Shown here: in pieces, positions 27,737-36,435 of the stretch
How positions within the stretch are numbered: the stretch's first letter is position 1
Layout: the number at the start of each line of letters is the position of its first letter
Assembly (NCBI GenBank): GCA_041496385.1
Contig: JBGQEL010000012.1
Span: 1 to 64,000, forward strand
Source of the DNA: Candidatus Methylomirabilia bacterium
Lineage (GTDB): Bacteria > Methylomirabilota > Methylomirabilia > Rokubacteriales > CSP1-6
Direction of reading: 5' to 3'
DNA length: 64,000 bases
Translations under genes and position numbers: made by a program
Notes under the pieces: model-generated
Told to the model about the DNA's origin: nothing
Database searches by the model: none
Seen by the model: the letters and a program-made list of their open reading frames with translations, nothing else

Positions 27737-29652
27737 CGCTGGACGCTGCGGTAGACCCCGAGCGCCCAGAGGGGGAAGTACTTCGCGTAGAGGTGGTACT
27801 TGAGGTAGAAGACGCGCGGGAATCCCGTGCCGTTCCAGAGCCGATCGTCCCAGGAGCCGTCGGGCTGCTGCGCCTGCAGGAGATAGAGGACGCCGCGCTC
27901 GATGGCGCGGCCGCCCGTCCGGCCCGCGGCGAAGAGCGCCAGGAGCGCCCAGGCGGTCTGGCTCGGCGTCGACTCGCCGCTCCCGGCCAGCTCGGCGTCG
28001 TCGTAGCTCTCGCAGGTCTCGCCCCAGCCGCCGTCGGGGTTCTGTTGCCGCTCGAGCCAGCGGACCGCCCGCTGCACGTACTCGTGGCGCAGATCCTCGC
28101 CGATCGCCCTCAGGCCGCGGAGCACCGACCACGTTCCGTAGATGTAGTTGACGCCCCAGCGGCCCTCCCAGGGCCCGTCGTGCCGCTGCGCGTGGCGCAG
28201 AAAGTGGATCGCGCGCCGCGCCGGCTCGAAGTCCGTGCCGTAACCCAGCGTGCCGAGGAGCTCGAGCCCGCGCCCCGTGAGGTCCTCCGTCGAGGGGTCG
28301 AGCAGCGCTCCGTGATCGGCGAAGGGGATGTTGTTCAGATAGAGGCGGTTGTTGTCGGCGTCGAACGAGCCCCAGCCGCCGTCCTCGCCCTGCATGCCGA
28401 GGAACCAGCCGAGGCCGAGCTCCTTCGCCGTCTGGGCGGCGTCGCCGTCGAGACCCCGCACCTTCTCCAGCGCCATCAGGACCATCGCCGTGTCGTCGAG
28501 GTCGGGATAGAAGTCGTTGCGGTACTGGAACGCCCAGCCGCCGGGTTTCACGTGCGGCCGCTTCACCTGCCAGTCGCCCGGCACGAGCACCTGACGGTCG
28601 ATGAGCCACTCGGCGGCGCGCCGCAGCGTCGGGTCCTCGGGCGCGACTCCGCTCTCGACCAGCGCGTTGACGGTGAGCGCCGTGTCCCAGACGGGCGACG
28701 GGCAGGGCTGATAGTGAATCTCCTCGCCCTCCTCGACCGCGAGCGCCTCGATCTCCTTGATCTGCCCCATGACCAGCGGGTGATCGTCGGGGTAGCCCAG
28801 CAGCCGCATCGCCAGGATCGAGTTGGCCATCGCCGGATAGATGCCGCCCAGGCCGCCGGGGACGGCGAGCCGCTCCTCGAGCCAGAGACGCGCCGCGTCG
28901 ACCGCCCGCTTCCGGAGCGGGCGCTTCGTGAACCGCTCCCAGATCTTCAGGCCGTCGTCCACCGAGACGAAGAAGTTCTTCCAGAAGAGCTTGCGCCAGC
29001 TGAAGGGCTCCGGCACCCGCGGGAAGCGCAGGCTCGTCCGCTCGCGCGAGTCCGGCCAGAGCTCGTCGAGCGAGAGGTGGGGCGGGAGCCACTTCACCGG
29101 CTTGCGGTCCATGATGATCAGGAGGGGCACGATGACGGTCCGCGACCAGTACGAGACCTCGTAGATATTGAAGAGGAAGAAGGGGCGCGGCAGCAGCATG
29201 ATCTCGACCGGCATCGCGGGCACGCCGTTCCAGTCGTACTCGCCGAAGAGCGCCAGCAGGATCTTGGTGAAGACGTCGCTCTTCACGGGCCCGCCCATGT
29301 CGTGGATCCGCCCGCGCGCCGCCACCATCGCGGGGTCGTCCACGCCGACACCGGCCAGCTTCATCGCGAAGTAGGCCTTGATGGTCGCCGACAGATTCGA
29401 CGGGCCGTCCTCGAAGAGGTTCCAGCCGCCGTCCGGGAGCTGGCGGCGGCGGAGGTAGTGGACGGCCTTGGCCTCGCGCTTGCGGTCCACACGGTCGATC
29501 AGGTGGCAGAGCAGGAGGAACTCGGACGTGATGGTCGTGTTGGCCTCGAGCTGGCCGACCCAGTGACCGTCGGGGGCCTGATGCGCCAGGAGCCAGGACT
29601 GGGCGCGCGCGATCGCGTCGGTGAGGGCCGTCACGAGGGCTGATGGTAACAT
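27733..29652 (-). CDS. shc: Squalene-hopene cyclase
   Basis: DxDD motif (YPDLDDTA), QW repeats (QLPDGGW, QNPDGGW, QQPDGSW), GTGFPRVFYLKYHLY. True start may be the GTG at 29634. Confidence 0.97.
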   Translation of the reverse strand: MLPSALVTALTDAIARAQSWLLAHQAPDGHWVGQLEANTTITSEFLLLCHLIDRVDRKREAKAVHYLRRRQLPDGGWNLFEDGPSNLSATIKAYFAMKLAGVGVDDPAMVAARGRIHDMGGPVKSDVFTKILLALFGEYDWNGVPAMPVEIMLLPRPFFLFNIYEVSYWSRTVIVPLLIIMDRKPVKWLPPHLSLDELWPDSRERTSLRFPRVPEPFSWRKLFWKNFFVSVDDGLKIWERFTKRPLRKRAVDAARLWLEERLAVPGGLGGIYPAMANSILAMRLLGYPDDHPLVMGQIKEIEALAVEEGEEIHYQPCPSPVWDTALTVNALVESGVAPEDPTLRRAAEWLIDRQVLVPGDWQVKRPHVKPGGWAFQYRNDFYPDLDDTAMVLMALEKVRGLDGDAAQTAKELGLGWFLGMQGEDGGWGSFDADNNRLYLNNIPFADHGALLDPSTEDLTGRGLELLGTLGYGTDFEPARRAIHFLRHAQRHDGPWEGRWGVNYIYGTWSVLRGLRAIGEDLRHEYVQRAVRWLERQQNPDGGWGETCESYDDAELAGSGESTPSQTAWALLALFAAGRTGGRAIERGVLYLLQAQQPDGSWDDRLWNGTGFPRVFYLKYHLYAKYFPLWALGVYRSVQR

Positions 29653-29679
29653 GTTGACTCGTCGAGTGAAAATGCTCTC

Positions 29680-30483
29680 ATGGATCTAGTCCTCGAAACC
29701 ATCGCCCTGCGTCCTTACGTCTTCGGCTTCATGGCGGCGTTTCTCATCGCCGGCTGCCTCGACCTCGGGTGGCGGCGGACGCTCCTGTTCGGGGCCGTGG
29801 TCTCGCCGATCGCGTGGCTCGCGGAGTTCTCCTCGACGCGCACGGGGATTCCGTTCGGGCTCTACACCTACACCGGCGCGACGCGCGGCGCGGAGCTCTA
29901 CGTCGCCGACGTGCCGTTCATGGACTCGATCTCGTTCGCCTTCCTCGCGTACGCCGCGTTCTGCCTGGCCCGCGCGGCCCTCGCGCGCCGGTCGCCCGGC
30001 CGCTGGGCGCTCGCCCTGAGGACGGGAGTGCTCATGATGGCGCTCGACGTCGTCATCGACCCGCTGGCCGTCCGCGGCGACCGCTGGTTTCTCGGACGGA
30101 TCTTCTACTACGCCGACGGCGGCGCGTACTTCGGCGTGCCCCTGTCGAACTTCGCGGGATGGGTCCTCGTCGGCGCCGTGGCAGTCGGCCTCTATCTGCT
30201 TCTGCCGGGGTCCGCGAGGCCGGCGCCAACCGCGGGTGGCCGGCAATGGGCACACGGGGCTCCCCTCGCGATGTCCCCCGTCGGCGAACGTGTCTGGCCG
30301 GGAGTCGCGCTATACTACGTCGTGCTCGGATTCAATTTGGCCGTGACCGCGTGGATCGGCGAATGGATGCTGGTCGCTCTCGGGTCCGCGCTCCACGCCG
30401 CGGTCGCCGTGGCCATCCGCTACGCGGGCCGGGAACACCGGGAGGCCCCGGTCATCCCGAGCCGGGGAGTTCAGCGCGCATGA
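29680..30483 (+). CDS. DUF422 / CruF-like 'carotenoid biosynthesis' membrane protein
   Basis: EFSSTRTGIPFGLYTY, DVVIDPLAV, YFGVPLSNFAGW; multi-TM. Confidence 0.75.
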   Translation: MDLVLETIALRPYVFGFMAAFLIAGCLDLGWRRTLLFGAVVSPIAWLAEFSSTRTGIPFGLYTYTGATRGAELYVADVPFMDSISFAFLAYAAFCLARAALARRSPGRWALALRTGVLMMALDVVIDPLAVRGDRWFLGRIFYYADGGAYFGVPLSNFAGWVLVGAVAVGLYLLLPGSARPAPTAGGRQWAHGAPLAMSPVGERVWPGVALYYVVLGFNLAVTAWIGEWMLVALGSALHAAVAVAIRYAGREHREAPVIPSRGVQRA

Positions 30484-31502
30484 GCGTTCCGATCTCGCAG
30501 ATGTGGGCCGTCGCCTCGTACGTCCTGGGGCAGCGCCTCCGGGGCCACGCGCGGTACCCGCTCGTGCTCATGCTCGAGCCGCTGTTCCGGTGCAACCTGG
30601 CGTGCGCCGGCTGCGGCAAGATCCAGTACCCGGCGCAGATTCTCCGCAAGCACCTGACCGTCGAGCAGTGCCTCGCCGCGGTCGAGGAGTGCGGCGCGCC
30701 GATGGTGTCGATCCCGGGGGGCGAGCCGCTCATGTATCCGGACATCGGGCCGCTCGTGAAGGCGCTCGTCGCCCGCAAGAAGTACGTCTACCTCTGCACC
30801 AACGCGATCCTGCTGAAGGAGAAGCTCGAGGCCGGCCTGTTCGAGCCGTCCAAGTACCTCTCGTTCAGCGTGCACATGGACGGGCTGCGCGAGGAGCACG
30901 ACGAGGCCGTCTGCCGCGACGGCGTCTACGACCAGGCGGTGGAAGGGATCCGCGCGGCACTCCGGCGGGGCTTCCGCGTGACGACGAACACGACGCTCTT
31001 CGACGGCGGGAACCCCCTGCGCATGCGCGAGTTCTTCGACGCCATGATGGACCTCGGCGTCGAGGGAATGATGATCTCGCCGGGCTACAGCTACTCGAAG
31101 GCGCCCGACCAGGAGCACTTCCTCCGTCGCCAGCGCGCCCACGAGCTGTTCGGGACGATGCTCGGGAACCCGAAGAAACGCTGGAAGTTCAACCAGTCCC
31201 CGCTCTTCCTCCAGTTCCTCATGGGCAAGCAGGAGTTCGAGTGCACGCCCTGGGGGAACCCGACCTACAACATGTTCGGCTGGCAGCGCCCCTGCTACCT
31301 CCTGCAGGAGGGATACGCGAAGACCTTCCGCGAGCTGATCGAGACGACGCGGTGGGAGCAGTACGGGCGCAAGAGCGGCAACGAGAAGTGCCGCGACTGC
31401 ATGGTCCACTGCGGCCACGAGCCGACGGCGGTGCACCACACCTTCAGCTCGTGGCGCGGCCTGCGCGACACGGTCGTCACGACGGTCACGGGCCGCCTCT
31501 AG
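30480..31502 (+). CDS. hpnH: Adenosylhopane-forming radical SAM enzyme HpnH
   Basis: YPLVLMLEPLFRCNLACAGCGKI, ECTPWGNPT, CRDCMVHCG. Confidence 0.95.
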   Translation: MSVPISQMWAVASYVLGQRLRGHARYPLVLMLEPLFRCNLACAGCGKIQYPAQILRKHLTVEQCLAAVEECGAPMVSIPGGEPLMYPDIGPLVKALVARKKYVYLCTNAILLKEKLEAGLFEPSKYLSFSVHMDGLREEHDEAVCRDGVYDQAVEGIRAALRRGFRVTTNTTLFDGGNPLRMREFFDAMMDLGVEGMMISPGYSYSKAPDQEHFLRRQRAHELFGTMLGNPKKRWKFNQSPLFLQFLMGKQEFECTPWGNPTYNMFGWQRPCYLLQEGYAKTFRELIETTRWEQYGRKSGNEKCRDCMVHCGHEPTAVHHTFSSWRGLRDTVVTTVTGRL

Positions 31503-31511
31503 CCCCCGGCG

Positions 31512-31841
31512 ATGACGGACGAGGCGCTCGAGGGCTGGGCCCCGCGGATCGGCGACGGGATCACGCTCGAGGAGGTCGTCGAGCAGGCCTTCGACTACCG
31601 CGGCAACGTCACGCTCGTGAAGACCGACGGCTCCGAGCTCGAGGGCTACCTGTTCAACCGCAGCCGCGACGTCGGCGAGCCCTTCGTCCAGATCTTCGAC
31701 CTCGCCGGCGTCGGCCCCCACGACGTCCGCTACGCCGACATCCGCACCATCCGCTTCACGGGCAAGGACACGGCGGCCGGGAACTCGTACGCGGCCTGGC
31801 TCCGCGCCAAGGAGTCCAAGAAGCCGGCCTCGGGCGCGTGA
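31512..31841 (+). CDS. Hypothetical 109-aa protein within the hpn operon
   Basis: Normal codon usage; GTGA coupling to the next gene; AFDYRGNVT...EGYLF...FTGKDTAAG. Confidence 0.75.
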   Translation: MTDEALEGWAPRIGDGITLEEVVEQAFDYRGNVTLVKTDGSELEGYLFNRSRDVGEPFVQIFDLAGVGPHDVRYADIRTIRFTGKDTAAGNSYAAWLRAKESKKPASGA

Positions 31842-32518
31842 CACACGTCGCCGTCTTCACCGCCGTCGAGCTCGAGGCCCGCACGCTCGCGCGGCTGCTC
31901 GGCCTGCCTCGCGTCGCGGGCGCCGCGTGGCCGCACTTCGGCGCGGGCGCCCTGGAGATCGTCTGCGCCGGTCCCCGCGCGCGCTTCCTCGACGACCGCG
32001 CGCGGGGGCTGGCGGCCCCCACGCTGGTCGTCTCGGCGGGCGTCTGCGGCGCGCTCTCGCCGGACCTGCGCGAGGGCGATCTGGTCGTGCCCGCGACCGT
32101 CCTCGGCCCGGCGGGCGAGCGCCACGCCACCGCCGAGCTTGCCGGGCTGCCGCGCGCGGGCGCGCTGGCGAGCGTGAGGGACGTGGTCGCGACGCCGGCG
32201 GCGAAGGCGCGCCTCTGGGTCGAGACGCAGGCCCTCGCGTGCGACATGGAATCGGCGGCCATCCTCGCGTGGGCGGGCGCGCGCGGGATCCCGGCCGCGG
32301 TGATCCGCGGCGTCAGCGACGCGGCGGACCGGGGCGTGCCGCGAGACCTCGCGGCGGTCGTCGAGCCCGACGGGCGCGTCCACACCGCGCGCGCGGTGCG
32401 CGCGATGCTCGCGCGGCCGCGCGCGATCGCCGACGCGATGACGCTGCGGACCGGCACCGGCGCCGCGCTGAAGGCCGTCGCGCAGGCGTTGGGCCGCCTC
32501 GCGAGGCACCGGGCGTGA
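31838..32518 (+). CDS. hpnG: HpnG-like nucleosidase (PNP/MTA family)
   Basis: VSAGVCGAL, DMESAAI, IRGVSD; lies next to hpnH. Confidence 0.75.
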   Translation: MTHVAVFTAVELEARTLARLLGLPRVAGAAWPHFGAGALEIVCAGPRARFLDDRARGLAAPTLVVSAGVCGALSPDLREGDLVVPATVLGPAGERHATAELAGLPRAGALASVRDVVATPAAKARLWVETQALACDMESAAILAWAGARGIPAAVIRGVSDAADRGVPRDLAAVVEPDGRVHTARAVRAMLARPRAIADAMTLRTGTGAALKAVAQALGRLARHRA

Positions 32519-33522
32519 TCGCGCTGGTCACGGGCGGCACCGGGTTCGTGGGGGCCAACCTCGTGCGCGAGCTCCTCCGGGACCGGCGCGCCGTGCGCGT
32601 CCTCGCGCGGCCGGGCGGCGATCGGCGCGCGCTGGCCGGGCTCGACGTCGAGATCTGCGAGGGCGACCTGCTCGATCCTGCCTCGCTCCGCCGCGCGGTG
32701 CGGGGCGCGGACACGATCTTCCACGTCGCGGCCGACTACCGCCTGTGGGCGCGCGACCCCGGCGAGATGCACCGCGCGAACGTGGGCGGCACGCGCGCCA
32801 TCCTCGAGGCGGCGGCGGAGCACGGCGCGCGGCGCGTGGTCTACACGTCGACGGTCGGCGCCCTCGGCATCCCGAAGGACGGCTCGCCGGGCACGGAGGA
32901 CACGCCGGTCTCGCTGCGCGACATGGTCGGCCCGTACAAGACGTCGAAGTTCATCGCCGAGCAGGTGGCGCTGGGCTTCGCGCAGCAGGGTCTGCCGCTG
33001 GTGATCGTGAACCCTTCGGCGCCCGTCGGCCCGTGGGACGTGAAGCCCACGCCGACCGGGCAGATGATCGTGGATTTCCTCAGCGGCCGGATGGTCGCGA
33101 CGCTCGACACGGGGCTCAACCTGATCCACGTGCGCGACGTCGCGCGCGGGCACATCCTCGCGGCCGAGCGCGGTCGCGTCGGCGAGAAGTACATCCTCGG
33201 CCACGCGGACCTGTCCCTCGCCGAGATCGGGCTGCTCCTCTCCGAGGTCACCGGGATCCGTCCGCCGCGCCTCCGGGTCCCCTACGCGGTGGCCTGGCTC
33301 GCGGCCGCGTCCATGGAGGCGGCGGCCCGGCTGACGGGCGGCGCGCCCCGGGTGCCGCTGACCGCGGTGCGCATGGCGAAGAAGCGCATGTACTTCAGCG
33401 CGGCCCGGGCGGTGCGCGAGCTGGGGCTGCCGCAGACCGACGTGCGCGAGGCGCTGCGCGACGCGGCGGAGTGGTTTTCGGCGCGCGGCTATGTCAAGCT
33501 CCCGGCGAGGCAGACGGCATGA
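32515..33522 (+). CDS. hpnA: Hopanoid-associated NAD-dependent epimerase/dehydratase HpnA
   Basis: GGTGFVG, HVAADYRLW, YKTSK, PVGPWDVKPTPTG, DTGLNL. Confidence 0.9.
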   Translation: MIALVTGGTGFVGANLVRELLRDRRAVRVLARPGGDRRALAGLDVEICEGDLLDPASLRRAVRGADTIFHVAADYRLWARDPGEMHRANVGGTRAILEAAAEHGARRVVYTSTVGALGIPKDGSPGTEDTPVSLRDMVGPYKTSKFIAEQVALGFAQQGLPLVIVNPSAPVGPWDVKPTPTGQMIVDFLSGRMVATLDTGLNLIHVRDVARGHILAAERGRVGEKYILGHADLSLAEIGLLLSEVTGIRPPRLRVPYAVAWLAAASMEAAARLTGGAPRVPLTAVRMAKKRMYFSAARAVRELGLPQTDVREALRDAAEWFSARGYVKLPARQTA

Positions 33523-34406
33523 TCGCCGACCTCGCCGCGCGGCTCACCCGGAAGAGCCGGTCGAACTTCTACTACGCGTTCCTCGCGCTGCCGCGGCCGC
33601 GCCGCGAGGCGCTCTACGCCGTCTACGCGTTCTGCCGCACGGTCGACGACATCGCCGACCTGGGCGGCGCGCGGGGCGGGGGTCCGGCGGCGCAGCGGGA
33701 CGAGCTCGCCCGCTGGCGCGCGGACGTCCTGCGCTGCTACACCCCCGACGGCTCGCCCGAGCATCCGCTCGCGCGCCGGCTCCAGGCCGCGGTGCGCGCC
33801 TTCGCGATCCCGCGCGAGGCGCTGCTGGCGATCATCGAGGGCGTCGAGATGGACCTCGACCGGGTCGTGTACGAGACCGCCGAGGACCTCTATCCCTACT
33901 GCTATCGCGTCGCGTCGGCCGTCGGCCTCTGCTGCATCGAGATCTTCGGCTACACCGACCCCCGCGCGCGCGAGTACGCCGTCCGCCTCGGCACGGCGCT
34001 CCAGCTCACGAACATCATCCGTGACGTCGGCGCGGATGCGCGCGACGGCCGCGTGTACCTGCCGCTGGAGGATCTCCGCAAGTTCGGCGTCACCGTCGAC
34101 GACCTCCGCACGGGACGCTACGGCGAGCCCTTCGTCGCGCTCATGGCCCACCAGGCGGAACGCGCCCGGCGGTTCTACCGGCTCGCGCGGGAGAGCTTCC
34201 CGGCGGCCGACGCGCGCGCGCTCGTGCCCGCCGAGATCATGGGGCGCATCTACCGGGCGCTCCTCGAGGAGATCGAGGCGCGCCGCTTCCGCGTCTTCGA
34301 CCGGCGGATCACCGTACCGGCGCGGCGGAAGGTCGCCATCGCCCTCGTCTGCTGGGCGTCGGCCCGGATGGCCGCGCGCGCGGCGGGACGGCCGGGGGCC
34401 GCATGA
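33519..34406 (+). CDS. hpnD: Presqualene diphosphate synthase HpnD
   Basis: SNFYYAF, YAFCRTVDDIAD, YCYRVASAVG, LQLTNIIRDVGAD, AEIMGRIY. Confidence 0.85.
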   Translation: MIADLAARLTRKSRSNFYYAFLALPRPRREALYAVYAFCRTVDDIADLGGARGGGPAAQRDELARWRADVLRCYTPDGSPEHPLARRLQAAVRAFAIPREALLAIIEGVEMDLDRVVYETAEDLYPYCYRVASAVGLCCIEIFGYTDPRAREYAVRLGTALQLTNIIRDVGADARDGRVYLPLEDLRKFGVTVDDLRTGRYGEPFVALMAHQAERARRFYRLARESFPAADARALVPAEIMGRIYRALLEEIEARRFRVFDRRITVPARRKVAIALVCWASARMAARAAGRPGAA

Positions 34407-35413
34407 TCGCCGCCGTCCTGCGCGAGGGAGGGCGGCTCGCCGCCGAGGAGTGGCCCCGCCCGTCGATCGGCGCCGGCGAGGTGCTGCTCCGCCTCCGGGG
34501 CTGCGGCCTCTGCGGCTCGGACATCGCGAAGATCGTGGACCCGCGGACGCCCGTGCCGCTCGTGCTGGGCCACGAGGTCGTCGGCGAGGTGGCGGCGACG
34601 GGCGCCGGCGTGACGGACTACGCGATCGGTGACCGCGTCGCCGCGGCGCACCACGTGCCCTGCGGCGACTGTCACTACTGCCGGCGCGGCAGCGAGTCCA
34701 TGTGCCGCACCTTCAAGGCGTCGAACCTCGACCCCGGCGGCTTCGCCGAGTACGTCCGGATCCCGGAGCCGAACGTGCGGCACGCCATGTTCCGCGTGCC
34801 GCGGCACGTGAGCGACGAGGCGGCCTCGTTCGTCGAGCCGCTGGCGTGCTGCCTGCGCTCCCTGCGGCGCGCGCGCGTCGAGCGCGGCGACACGACCGTG
34901 GTGGTCGGGCTCGGCTCGATCGGCTGCCTGTTCGTCCAGCTCCTCGCGAACGCCGGCGTGCGCGTCGTCGGCTGCGACCCGGTCGCCGACCGCGCGGACG
35001 TCGCCAGGCGGATGGGCGCCGTGGCCGCCGGAGGGGCCGAGGTCGCCGTGGCGGCGCAGCGCGAGCTCTCCGAGGGCCGCGGCGCCGACCAGGTCATCGT
35101 GACCGGCGGCGGCGTGGACGTCCTGCCCTGGGCGGCCGACGTCCTGCGCGACGGCGGCAGCGTCCACTACTTCGCCGGCGGCGCGGGCGACGCGCTGCCG
35201 CTCCGGCTCGAGACGCTCTATCACCGCGAGCTCACTGTCACCGCGACCTACTCGTCCTCGCCCGCCGACCTCGCGGAGGCCTTCCGGCTCATCGCGAGTG
35301 GCGCGGTCGCGCCCGAGCGGCTCGTCACCCACCGGCTCTCGCTCGGCGGCCTGCACCGCGGCGTGGAGCTGATGCGCCGCCGCGAGGCGCTCAAGGTGTA
35401 CGTGACGCCGTGA
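34403..35413 (+). CDS. Zn-dependent polyol/alcohol dehydrogenase (MDR) 1
   Basis: CGSD, GHE, CGDCHYC...C structural Zn site, GLGSIG. Confidence 0.88.
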   Translation: MIAAVLREGGRLAAEEWPRPSIGAGEVLLRLRGCGLCGSDIAKIVDPRTPVPLVLGHEVVGEVAATGAGVTDYAIGDRVAAAHHVPCGDCHYCRRGSESMCRTFKASNLDPGGFAEYVRIPEPNVRHAMFRVPRHVSDEAASFVEPLACCLRSLRRARVERGDTTVVVGLGSIGCLFVQLLANAGVRVVGCDPVADRADVARRMGAVAAGGAEVAVAAQRELSEGRGADQVIVTGGGVDVLPWAADVLRDGGSVHYFAGGAGDALPLRLETLYHRELTVTATYSSSPADLAEAFRLIASGAVAPERLVTHRLSLGGLHRGVELMRRREALKVYVTP

Positions 35414-36435
35414 GGGCGATGGTCTTTCACGGCCCGGGCGACCTCCGCCACGAGGAGCTCCCCCTGCCCGAGCCCGCGGCGGGTGAGCTCGTGCTGCGGA
35501 TCGACGCGGCCCTCACGTGCGGCACCGACGTGAAGACGCTCCGGCGCGGTCATCCGGTGATGATCCCGACCGTTCCGACCGTGTTCGGTCACGAGCTGGC
35601 GGGCACCGTCACCGCGGTCGGCGCGGGTGTGCGGCGCTTCCACGAGGGCGACCGCGTGGTCGCGGCCAACTCGGCGCCGTGCGGCGACTGCCGCCTCTGC
35701 CTCGCGGGCCGGCCGAATCTCTGCGAGGACCTCCTCTTCGTCAACGGCGCGTACGGCGAGTTCATCGCGCTGCCGCCGCGCCTCGTGGCCCGGAACGTCG
35801 TCCCGCTCGGGCGCGGGCTGCCCGCGTCGCGCGCGGCGTTCGCCGAGCCGCTCGCCTGCGCGCTCCTCGGCGTGGAGCGCGCGCGGGTGGAGTCGGGCCA
35901 GACGGTCGCCGTCTTCGGTCACGGGCCGCTGGGCTGTCTCCTGGCCATGGTCGCGGCCGCGCGGAAGGCGCGCGTGCTGCTCGTCGGCAAGGCGGGCTGG
36001 CGGCTCGACCGGGTGCGCGAGCTCGGGATCGGCGAGTGCCTCGACGCGAGCCGAACGGACAGCGTTGTCGCGCACATCCGTGAGGCGACGGGGGGCCGGG
36101 GCGCCGAGGTCGCGATCGACGCGACGGGCCGGCCCGAGGTGTGGGAGCAGGCCGTCGATGCGACGGCCCGCGGGGGCAGCGTGGTATTCTTTGGAGGCTG
36201 TGCGCCCGGCACGTCGATCCGGCTGGACACGCGCCGCGCGCATTACGAAGAACTCACGCTCCTGGGGGCGTTCCATCACACGCCCGAGCTGATCCGTCGG
36301 GCGGTCGACCTCATGGAGGCCGGGGTGCTGGTGCCTGACGGCCTGATCACCCACCGGATGCCGCTCGAGGCCGTCAGACAGGCGCTCGACCTCATGGCGC
36401 GGGGTGAGGCGCTGAAGGTGCTGATCGAACCATGA
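35410..36435 (+). CDS. Zn-dependent polyol/alcohol dehydrogenase (MDR) 2
   Basis: CGTD, GHE, CGDCRLC...C, GHGPLG; GTGA overlap. Confidence 0.88.
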   Translation: MRAMVFHGPGDLRHEELPLPEPAAGELVLRIDAALTCGTDVKTLRRGHPVMIPTVPTVFGHELAGTVTAVGAGVRRFHEGDRVVAANSAPCGDCRLCLAGRPNLCEDLLFVNGAYGEFIALPPRLVARNVVPLGRGLPASRAAFAEPLACALLGVERARVESGQTVAVFGHGPLGCLLAMVAAARKARVLLVGKAGWRLDRVRELGIGECLDASRTDSVVAHIREATGGRGAEVAIDATGRPEVWEQAVDATARGGSVVFFGGCAPGTSIRLDTRRAHYEELTLLGAFHHTPELIRRAVDLMEAGVLVPDGLITHRMPLEAVRQALDLMARGEALKVLIEP

